From NCBI GenBank assembly GCA_035084275.1, contig CM068747.1, forward strand, positions 22,134,001-22,198,000: 64,000 nucleotides of DNA. The letters are read 5' to 3'. The notes beneath the pieces are model-generated. The model searched no databases. It saw only the letters and a program-made list of their open reading frames with translations, and was not told the DNA's origin. How positions within the stretch are numbered: the first letter of the stretch is position 1; every line of letters starts with the position of its first letter. The DNA is from Hydrolagus colliei (Eukaryota). Positions 48,801-60,800 of this stretch are shown piece after piece. Position numbers and translations under genes: made by a program.

Positions 48801-51800
48801 TAACCTTTTTTCCCCCCTCTTTGATTCAGGCATGTGGGGATCCAAAGGCAAAGCCATCCTACCTAATCGACAAGAACCTGGAATCTGCTGTCAAATACAT
48901 TGTCAAAAAATTTCCAGTTGTCGATACTCGTAACAACAGTGTAAGTACTGAACGGCAATGAACAATCAAGTTTGTGAAATTATGAAATATATTAATTGTA
49001 GCTTGTTAAAAGTATGACGTGTGAATGAACAAACTTTAATTAAGCAGTGTTTTACATCCTTTTAGATTTTCTTTATAATGGTAGACACATTTAAAAACAG
49101 CTTGATGTTGTGATGGGAAGTCAGTAGGGTGAGCATTCTGGAAGGATTGGCAAAGTGCCTTCGTCATTCAAACTAATCTTGTAATCTATAATTCCTAAAT
49201 CTTAAATTTTGCATCTATTCCTTCCAAATTTAGTTTCAATATTAATGATAGATAACTGACTTGTGTATTGAATTCCATTGCTCGATTAAGTATAAGATAA
49301 AATGATTTCTGTTTAATTTCAACAAAATGGCATCAGGTAGAATAATACCATGTGCTTCTCCAGCACACAAGAATTATGGCTTATGTCTTTGATTCTTTCT
49401 GCCTTTGATCTTGGCTATCACTTCACCCTTGTCTTTAAATCCCTCCATTCCTCTGCACCCCCCTACCTCTCTGACCTCTCTCCTCCAACCAGCTCCCATT
49501 GCCTTCGCTCCACTGGGTCTGGCCTCCTCCATGTCCCCCGAATCCTCCGCTCTACCCTCGGCGGCCGTGCCTTCAGCCACTATGCCCCAAGGTTCTGGAA
49601 TTCCCTTCTTCACTACCTTCGCCTTGCCCCCTCTTTTCTCAGCTTCAGGTCCCAGCTGAAGACCTTTCTCTTCGACCGTGCCTTTGGTCACCTTTCTACC
49701 CCTCCCCCTGGCTCGGTCCTGGGATCCGCTATTGTGAAGCGCTCTGAGACACCGTCCGGCATGGAGAGCGCTATATAAATCGATGTTTTCACTTTGTATC
49801 TTCCAATGGTTTTTCCTAAAACCCCCGCACAGTTTCTCATGGCGTCCCTCAGGGCTCTGTCCTCGGCCCCCTCCTTTTCACTATCTATACGCTCCCTCTG
49901 GGCGATGTCATCCGCAAACATGGGGTAAATTTACACATGTATGTGGACGACAAGCTGTACCTTTCTGCCTCATCCCTCAACCCCCAGACCATCGATGTTC
50001 TGACAGCATATCTGTCCGACATTGAGTCCTGGACGAGGGACAACTTCCTCCAATTGAACGTGAGTAAGACCGAGGCCCTCCTGATCGGCTCAAGCCAGCG
50101 CCTTCGCACATCGGGCGCTGCCAGCCTCAACATCCAAGGCTGTACTCTCCACCTCACAAAGCCAGTCAGGAACCTCGGCATCACGTTCAACCAAAAACTC
50201 TCCTTCCTCCCCCACATCCGTGCCTTGACCGGCACCGCTTACTTCCACCTGCGCAACATTGCCAGGCTCCGCAACTATCTTACCCCCCACGCTGCCGAAA
50301 CACTCGTGCACGCTTACATCACCTCAATGCTGGACTACGGAAACTCTCTCCTCGTCGGCCTTCAAGGCCTTACATGGCCTTGCCCCGCCCTATTTAACCA
50401 ATTTACTCTCCCCCTACAAGCCCACCCAGACCTTCCGTTCAGCAGGACTTGGCCTGCTCCAAGCCCCCCGCCCGAACCGCCCCACCATCGGAGGCCGGGC
50501 CTTCAGTTTTTTTGCTCCGACCCTATGGAATTCCATCCCCCAATCCCTCCGTCCCGTCTCTTCCCTTTCCTCTTTCAAGGCCAGTTTGAAGACTTTCCGC
50601 TTCGACCGTGCCTTTTGTTCCACCCCGAATTCTTTGACCTCCCCTACTTGTTTCACCCCTTCCCGTACACTCCCCTCCCAGCTCGGGTCACACGCCTCCT
50701 GTGCAGCGCCTTGGGACGTCCTCCCGACGTGAAAGGCGCTTTATAAGTGTAATTTGTTGTTGTTGATGGTGTTGTTTGTTCTTGGTTCAACTGCTGAATG
50801 TAATGAGAGGATCCTAGCTACTGTTAGGTATTCAAGTGATTTTATCAGCTTCGCTCTTGCAAACTTCTAGCTGATGATTGCTGTTGTTCCAAATGACTTA
50901 TTGATCTCATTTAACTTTGACACTGAGCCCCACAGGAAGCAGCTCTGCTTATGGCAGCAATCTACTGATACCAATGTTATGCAGGAGAAAGAGATCTTAG
51001 CTGAATATCCCATGGCTTATTCTTTCAATGTCAATCCCCATACGCCTTTAAACATTTATCCTTCATGTATTTATTTTTCTCTTCCATCCCAGAATGGATT
51101 TGTTTCTACCTCCTTATTAGATAACGGCAAGGCATTTCACCGTCCCCAAAACTTTGAAGAATGAAAATGGCATCTAAATTCTCCCTTTGGGCTTCATGTG
51201 ACTCTCTTGTAACTATGGCACCTGGTTATTGCTATTTATTCAGTTCGAGCAAAACGTGAGAGAATTTTAATGATCTTTTTGTAGCATATGCAACTTGCCA
51301 GATGTTCACTACAGAAATGAAGGATACGTAATATTAAAAAATTACAATGAGAGTAGTAGAGGGAGCATGTTGGGACTATGGATGTAAAGTTCTGTTGTTC
51401 TTGACCTTCTACCTCAACTCCCTTCTATCCAGTCTTACCTGTTACTGCAAGTGAAAGATAACTTTGTTGTATATGTTAAGTGGCTGTATCACACCTACTT
51501 TATCCCAATGTAGAATACCCACTCATTTCTCACATAAGATGTCCTGTGGCGTCTTTGGATGAAATTTCCAATTAGTGCAAATTTAATGCCAGATTTTGGT
51601 GCCCTCGTAGATTCATAAAGCTCAGAATTATTTTACTCGGGGCCCCTTAGAGCTATCTGGCATAGAAGAGTTTCATTGATAAATTCAAATGCAAATCCCA
51701 CAGGCAACGACCCAGAGTGCTAATGTATTTTGAAACGGTCTCTAGGGGCTTGGGATGTTCTAATGTGAAAGGCCCTTTACAAATAGAATGTTGTTGTTGT

Positions 51801-54800
51801 TGTTCAGGTGACAGTACTACTCATTAAACACTGATAAACCTGATTAAACATAATAATCCTTGCATTTGATATCTACGATGTACTTAAAAAAATTGTTTAT
51901 CCAATAAATAGCAGAAAACACCAGAAATCCCTGTTCTAATGTAACTCCAAGGTGACCTTTTATATTAATAATAATTTGGTCACTCAATCCATGAATGCAG
52001 GGACACTGCTATACCCAATTACTGCTGTGTTTCACCCACAAATTAGTCAGTTCATTTCACAGTATATTCTGTGACGAGTTTGAGACATCTCAAAGAAGTG
52101 ATCAGGCTTTATCAAATGCAACTATTATTATTACTGCTGACGTTCTCATTTCATGGGTTGCACGGTGTACAAAAGGACCTGGGTTGGAACCCATAACAAT
52201 TGGTGATTTAGATGTCTCATTCTCTGGCGCAGCATGTTAATCCATTAATGTCTGTCACTGGGGCCCAATTTAGTTCTCAACTATATTGTCAGCAAAAAAA
52301 AGGAATCCTGCCCTAATTGCTGTACAGTAGGCCCACTGAACTACTGACACAATAATATTCAGTAACAAAGATGCCACAGGACATCTTATGTGAGGAAACT
52401 CACCAAAAAAAAATTTAATTTGTCTCTCCTAACTGTTTCCTTACTGCCTTCTAATACCATAACTTGCCTGCGAAATAGAATTGATTATGTTAATACAGTA
52501 GATTGGAACAGAGACCAAATCTAGACTTGTTGTGGTGACTAAGTTCTACTTCAGTGGGCTTTTAATGCTGTACGTTTAAACCCACTTGAGCCACTGGTGT
52601 CTTCCTACCAAATTACATTATGAGCATGTACTGAAAAAGTTTAGTTGGGCCCTATATATAACTTTGATTTTTAAAGGACTTGGATATGGAGCTGGGATCA
52701 AGGACAACAACAACAACATTACATCTATAGAGCGGCTTTCATGTCAGGAGGACGTCCCAATGCACTGAATGTCAGGCGTCGGGATCTGAGCGGGGGTGGG
52801 GGGCAGAGAGGTGGGAGGGCAGCTAAAGGCACGGTCGAAAATTAGAGTTTTGGATGATCTGCAGCTTGAGAATAGAAGAGTTGGGAAGGCCGACAAGGAG
52901 TTTCCATCATCAAACCTCGATGTGATGAATGCACGGGTGAGGGTTTCGTCAGCTTAAGGGGTGAGGCAGTGTCGGGGTCTGGCAACTTTGTGGCGGTGGT
53001 GAAAGGCAGTGCTGGTCATGGTGCGGATTTGGGGGAGAAAGGACTCAGAAGGGGAGGATCTATATGTATCCCCTCCATTCTTTACTGCCTTTTGCTTTTC
53101 CTTTGTACTGTGCTACTGTGCTCCAATAACTTGCACATTTTCTGAATTCTGGAGGAAAGTTGTTTTAGCCGTCAAATCATTCAAGGTTAATCTAGTTAGT
53201 TGGCATCTGTTTAATGGAGACATTTCTTTTATTGAAAACAACAACAACAAACAAACCAAATTACATCAGTCAGGAGAATGTCCCAAGGCACTGAACAGTA
53301 TGGGGTCAGGACCCCAGTTTGGGGTCAAGACCCGAGCATGGGGTGGGATGGAGGGGTGAGTTGGCAGGGTTGGTATGCGATAGAGCAGAGAGGTAGGAAG
53401 GCGGCTGAAGGCATGGTCGAAGAGGAGGGTCTTGAAGGAAAAATGCAAGTAGGTTTAAAAGTACAGCATTCAAGGCCTATTGAAATGGAACTTAGTCACC
53501 ACAACACCACTACATTTGGTCTCTGTTCCAATCTATTAACATAATCAGGTCTGTTTCCCAGATAACACATTCAATTACCTTTAAATGCTTTTACACCGGC
53601 ACGGTTGCACATTGGATCAAGTGCGATTGGTGTTTCCAATAAATAGTTTTCAACTCCAGATAAAAAATGCAGCATACTGTAGAATGCATAAACAATTGCT
53701 GTGTGCGGGTGTTTGGATAGTTTTTAATGTGCCATGGAATGAAGCAATCAGATAAGACAGTGAATTCCAGCAGCAGGAAGTTATTTTTGCTTAGAATCTT
53801 TTGATTTAATTGATAAACAGGCAGGATCAACATTGCATCCTTTAGTTTCTTAACGGAAATTTCAGGGATTAGAATTGAATATTGCTGCTAAGGTATCTGT
53901 ATTGACATTGTATTGAAAGCACCAGGTGACATCCTATATGAAAGGCTCTCTGCAAACTGCATGTAGTTGTGCGGTAAATCCTTTTCAAATGCATCATTTT
54001 CTGTGGAAAAACTTGTCTCTCTTTTTTAATAGCAATTTGATGGATTGCATGCATTGCCTCACATTTGGAGCTTATGAGTCCCCTACGTTAAAATAAACTT
54101 ACTAGGTGGCAAACCATTGTTATATTGGACAACCTGCAGTATGCAGTAAAATTTGTAAGTGCAAATCTCAAACCAATTTGACAGTTGCTATTGCAAACAA
54201 AATTTTTGAAATTGACATTTGTGGATTTTCCATATTGAAGCACGTTTGAAGGTGCACATTTAGCTGAAACAATAGTTGTGAATTAATCCATTGATCTTTT
54301 ACTAAGCGGCACTGTTCCGCTAGTTGTGGTTGATGCATTGAAAAGTAGACACATTTGTGGCAGCATTTAGACCATAAGTTCCTTCTCTCCCAAGGCATTT
54401 AAATGGAAATTCAATCATTTCTACTTGAGACCCTGCTGTGAATTAGCCATAGATGAAATGGAACACAAGTCAATGAGGCACACTTAAGTGAAATCCTAGA
54501 GTTTTTTTCTCCGATAGAAGTCTGCCTACTGGCGCCCAAGACCTACTCGGATACCAATCTGGAGATGTCTGAATTGGAAGGATTTCTAGCAATATTTCTA
54601 GCATCAAACCTGTTCCATTTCAATATTGTTTTCCTTTCGGTACAATAAATGTATACATATATGATCCCAATAACTTTAAAAACTGCATTTTAGTAAGTGG
54701 TTGTCAGTTTTTTATTTGTTTTACATAATCTGGTTAATCTATTCCTGTCTTTATAATTGTCAATCCTTTATTCCATATTCTTTTAATGATTTGATTAATT

Positions 54801-57800
54801 TTTAACTTTTTTATGGCTTTCTATTTGTCTTTTCTGTAACTCAGGGTAGATTTTCTCAATGATGGAGGCTTGTTAATATTGTTCTCGTATCTGCTCTTCC
54901 GGTTGTCAATTTGTGCATTTTGTTTATTTTGAAAAGTCTTCCATTTGTATTTTCCATGTGCCTCAGCATTTTTAAAACCTGGATCACAGCGCTTCTCAAT
55001 CTCTGTCTCGTGAAAGCAAGTTTAAGCTTGGCTTATTTAATTTTGTTGGGCTCTGCTAAATTATACAAGCAAAAGCTTTAAAATTGTCATTTTACATCGT
55101 GTCTTTCAATTTTTTTGCATGCTTAACTTGACTTTGCCTGGATAATATGTTGGTAAGTGTGGATTCTCTTGCTGTGTGTTGTGTACGTTAGTTAAACATC
55201 ATTCCCTCTATTACCATAGCCATCTAACCGTTTCATTTTTTTGCCAAATCTGTACCGTAAACCATTTGTAGCTTGACCCAAACCACAATTCTTTTGTACT
55301 AAATTATAATATTTCCCAAATAATTTGTGGAGACCAATCCCATGTTCCCACAAAAGCATATTAGGCATACTACACGGGATGCTTTTGGAAATGCATATTT
55401 TTAAATGCATAATATTCTGCGCTTTAGCATGAAATGTTCAGATTACAATTGCAAATTACAGAATTTTTACCATTCTCAAATTTTTTCCTCTTTCAGCAAT
55501 GTTTTTAAAGTTGAGGCCAACAATAACAAACTGGTTGGAATCGCATGAATGAATAGATTGTTTGGACTAAATTCCTGTTTGGGTCAGGAGTGAAAACTGA
55601 TGTTGGTTACTAATCCTATTTAGTTTCATTCTTTTTATCATTATTTCCCTCTATCAAAGCCCCCTTTCAAGTAAACTACAATAGGTAGAAAGTAGGCAGA
55701 AGTTTGTAGTGTCCATTCTAGTTGACATATATACTAATTTTTCCAAAATGTTTAAAAACTTTGTTGTGTATGGAAAACATAATGTTTAGCTTTTTCGTTC
55801 ATTACAAATGTGATCTGAAATGTTTTCAAAACATTTGTTTGTGCAGAATAAAGTGCAGACCTATTAGTTTAGTTAGTGACCAGCAAAGCTAATAAATATA
55901 ATGCTGGTACAGTAAAACCTGGATAATTGGGCACAGTTGGTCATTCACCTCCTGCATTTCGGAGTTTGCCAGTATTTAGAACCTACTTTAGAAATGGCTG
56001 GGGAAGCTTTGCCCCATACACCACGTGAGCTATAGATACAGCACTGAAGCCAAACTATGCCTGAGCGCCTGATGACAGAGTGGCCAGAGCGGGAACTACA
56101 AGCAGCTGTTCTGAATTTGGGGGATTTGCTGGATATTAGGAAAAAAAAGAGGCTGTTTATATTTTGAAATCTTGCCAGTTTTAGGGAGTTCCTGGCTTTC
56201 GGAATGTCGGATTATCAGGTTTTACTGTATTCTGTTAATTATTTTTGAATGGCAGTTTATACTGCAAGAGTGATTACATTTTGTTTGAATATTGAAATAT
56301 TTCCCACTGATCTGTTAAACTGATTCCACCAGAAATTAAACTCTACTTTCACAATATTGAGGTCTGATTTGATAACCAATGTTACTCGGCTTGATAGAAT
56401 GAATTAAATATAAAATCTGTATAATCCTCTCTTGTATCCTATGTTGAACTTTTGAATTATATTGTGTGATTTTTGGCATGATGGGAACTTTGTGCAACAT
56501 TTTATGCAATTGGATGTTGCTGTCTACTATTCAGATTAATATATAAACTAGAAAATCCAATGGCCATTTCAAGAAGAGATATTCATTGTGAAAGAAACCA
56601 GACACTATTAATGTTAAATTGCTGGACTGTCTCAAATTGAAGAGGGCCATTGGTATATTTAAATTGTTCAGTAAAGATATGTTTTTATTAATTTTTTTTC
56701 TCCCCCCGCCCACCCCCTTCCTTCTTTAGCAACAGTTGTCACAACTACATAAGGAGAAGCAAGACATTCTGAAGAATCTGGCACTTTATTACTTCACGTT
56801 TGTAGATGTCATGGAATTTAAGGTAATGTTCTGCTATATTAGTACAATTTTAAATATTTTGAATGTTACTTCAGAATCAGAGTCTTTTGTGACCAACTGG
56901 TCAATTTAATTAAAGTTGCAGTTTTTAAATTGTAATCTACTTCTGGTGACCGTCCATTAAAATTGGAATATAGGAATAATATATCCTTGTTGAGATCATC
57001 ATAAACTAGGAATTTTATTTAATGGGACCTCCCTCGCTCTATATAACACTAACATATCATGCAATGCATTTTGACTTTTTTAAAATGACTATTTCAAGGT
57101 TTATTGTTTAATCCATTACAGACCTTTTGCTTAGGTGTAGTTTACTTGAAATTTTTTTACAGTTTCAGATTGTAACTCCATGTTCTATTTTTCAGTGAAA
57201 GTGTCAATAACCATAAGAATGCCTCTTAACAATTAGCACATATTAAACATTTGTAGAGAACATAAAATATTGATGGTGAGGAATCCCAAGTCATCCCCGT
57301 CTCCCATTATCCACTTTCTGAAAAGCAGTTTTTCCTAATTGTACCTTTACACATTATAATAGTTGCATTTTGATGCATATTTCTTTTGAAACTCAGAGCA
57401 GGAAAACCATGAGTCATTTGAGAGGGAGCACCAAATGTAACAGAAAAATAGTTAAAGGGTGATGTTAGATTTTTTTTTGAGATTTCAAACTTGCTAGATT
57501 GCAATACGTAAAGATGCCAGATGAGGACACTATACTACTTTAGAATTGCAAGTACAGTAATTGTAAGTTCCAGCATTACCAATTTATGTATTCACCTGTC
57601 TTTTATATGGTGAAATTAATGCAGAGACATTCTCTATTACTTTTGTTGATGTATTTACAATGCTGTATAAATTCTAGATTCCAATTGTGATATTCTGGAG
57701 GAATCTTTGAGATTATTGTGAGCAGTATATTTTGTGCCTGTCTAGATGAAAGTTCCTTTGGTTAACCTTAAAATATAGTTTGAAGATTAACCTCAGAGAC

Positions 57801-60800
57801 CTTGTGACATAAAAAAAATCCTAATGTTCTATTTTTTCCTTTTCCCTTTTACCTTCTCTCTCTCCCCACCACAACTTCCAGGATCATGTGAGCGAACTGC
57901 TGAACACTGTTGATGCTTCGCAGGTTTTCTTTGATATTGTAAGTTTTTGTTTTTTTCAGTTTAGATTGTAATTACAGTAAAAGCCCATTTATCCGTGACC
58001 CAATCAACCATAACTTTCGTATTACCGGCACCTCAAAAAAAAGGTCCCCATTCGAATAAGCGGATCTTATCCAGCACAATCGTAGTGGCGCATTAAATGA
58101 GTCTATTGTCACATGAGAGTACAGTTCGATCGGTTTTGAATGCTGCTGGTAGTGGCAATTCCGTTTTTTCTTCTTAAAGCCGCACTTTCGTTTTTTCCTC
58201 TCCCTCCTTTTTCTCTCTTTCTCTCCCTCTCTCTCCTTCTTTCCTCTGTCTTTCTATCTCATCCCCTTTCTTTCCCTCTCTCTCTAACGGATACTACATA
58301 TTGCCTGTGTAGCCTGACTGTATCGTGGGTTTATACACTGTTATGGTGGGGGGTTGGGTGGGAGAGGGAGAGAGAGGGAAGGCGGCAGGGATGGGGGTGG
58401 AAAGAGAGGGAAAGAGGGTGGGGGAGAAAGAGAGGAGTGGGAGGGAGAGAGATAGGGGGGGTGAGTTGCTTTTAATTTAGATAGAAAATGAGAGGAGTGG
58501 AGGTTTGGAGCCATTGAGATGCCAGACTGACTGAGTGTGTGTGTGAGAGAGAGAGAAAGAGGGAAGGAGGGAGGGAAAGAAAGAAACAAAAAGAAAAATC
58601 GACAGTACCCCTTTAAGAGGAAAAAACTCTTCCGTCTGCCATTGTAGAAGTTTGCTTTGTGATTGTGTGCTGTGTTTATAGACTGTAATCAATATTTATT
58701 GCTTTATTGGTAAGTATCCATACAATATTCTGTTATTATTTAGTCTATTATTAATATTGTATGTTTAAAAAAAAGTTTTTTTAAAAAAATAGTTTTGGGT
58801 TTTCGGCAACTTGGCGCCCAAATATCCGGCATGCCGTTTAACCGGCATTGGCCAGGTCCCGAGGGTGCCGGGTAAACAGGCTTTTACTGTATTGATTATT
58901 TTTTTGTAGGTGAAGACACCATGGAATTCATTTTCTTCCATTTTCCTTAACCTAGACTGTCAACTTTGATTTAACTCGTAATTATTTGGATTTGGTTGTA
59001 ACCTACACAACACTAATGATAATGGTGTCAAGGATTGAGGAAAGGAAGGCAATAGTTGGACTCTACAACTATGCACATGAAATGTCACATGGAGCCAGGT
59101 GAGTGTAAACTCGATGCTGGTGGGCAGCTTAGATTGTGCTTTAATGTGATCTGTATATGTTGGGTGTGCATGAAGGTGAAGTATCTGCAGGGAGTATTAG
59201 GAGGGAATAAGTAAAATGCTTCAATATTTGGGCTTTGAAGTCCTGTAGCCATTCAAATTTTAAAGACTTATTTGAAGTTGTGTTATCGACCAAATTGTCT
59301 CTTTCTTGCTTCTTTTCTGACAGCTGTGTGATATTTGCATTTTCTTCACAGTGATCGGGAATACCCGCGACTTGGCCAGATGATTGTAGATTATGAAAAC
59401 CCTTTAAAGAAAATGATGGAAGAATTTGTGCCACACAGCAAGGTGACATCAGAGGAAATGGAGAATTAAACTTGAAATGAGATTTCCTCACTTTTATATT
59501 TTAAATCAGTTTTAGAAAACGTTACGTTTTGGATCTCAATAACTATTGGGAACATTTCCTTGTGATGTTGCTGAAAATAACGTCTTTACTGTTCCTCCCT
59601 TCCAGTCTTTGTCAGATGCACTGATTTCACTCCAGATGGTTTATCCACGACGAAACCTTTCAGCAGAGCAATGGAGGAATGCTCAGTTGTTGAGCCTAAT
59701 CAGTGCTCCCAGCACTATGCTTAACCCTGCACAGTCTGATACGGTAAAATAGAATTTATATGATATATATAGCTTTTATATACAATTTATATATAATATA
59801 CAGTAAAAGCCTGTTTATCCGTGACCCGATCAACCGTAACTTCCGTATAACCAGCACCTCAAAAAAAAAAGGTCCCCATTCGATTAACCGGATTTTATCC
59901 GGCACAATCGTGGTGGCGCATTTAATGAGTCGATTGTTGCACTAGAGTACAGTATAATTAGTTCTGAATGCTGCCGGTAGTGTCACTTCCATTTTTTTCT
60001 TCTTAAAGGGACACTGTTTTTCCTCTTCCCTCTTCTTTTTCTCTCCCTCTTTTTCTTTCTCCCTCTCCTTCCTTCCTCTCTTATCTCTCCCTCTCTCTTT
60101 CTATCTCTTCCCCCTTTCTTTCTTTTCCTCTCTGGCGATTACTATGTATTGCCTGTGTAGCCTGAAGGGTTTATACACTGTTTTGGTGGGGGTGGGGTGG
60201 GAGAAGTAGAGAGAGATGGGGGGGAGAGAGGGAGGAGTGGGGGGGGGGGGGGGGTTTGGAGCCATTGAGATGTCAGACTGACTGAGTGTGTGTGTGAAAG
60301 AGAGAGGGGGGAAGGAGGGAGAGAAAGTTAGAATAAAAAGAGGAAAAACTGACTGCCCCTTTAAGAAGAAAAAAACTGTCCGCCATTGTAGATGTTTGCT
60401 TTGTGATTGTGTGCTGTTTTTAGAGATTGTAATTGATATTTATTGCTTTATTGGTAAGTATCCATACAATATTTGGTTATTATTTAGTCTATTATTAATA
60501 TGGTATGTTTAAAAAAAAAAAAAATTCTTGTGTTGGGTTTTCGGCAGCTGGCCGCTCGAATATACGGCACGCGGTTTAACCGGCATTGGCCAGCTCCCGA
60601 GGGTGCCAGATAAATGGGCTTTTACTGTATATAGCTTTTATTATATACACAGCTCTTCTCAATTATGTTGATGTGCCAGGGACTGACCGAATTTTATATC
60701 GATACAAGCCAAGTGTTGATAAAAATGGGTTTAACATAAATGGGGACTTATGTAGTAATCCAGCATAAATTTGTAAATCTTGAAACTAGTTCTAAACTCT

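Noticed and set aside
49937-50746. Functional or domesticated reverse transcriptase
   Set aside because: 5'-truncated, internally deleted and frameshifted L2 ORF2 remnant
57975-60627. Apparently swapped TIR variants (CCCATTT versus CCTGTTT) between the two MITE copies
   Set aside because: Both variants arise from CpG deamination of an ancestral CCCGTTT, so no rearrangement is needed
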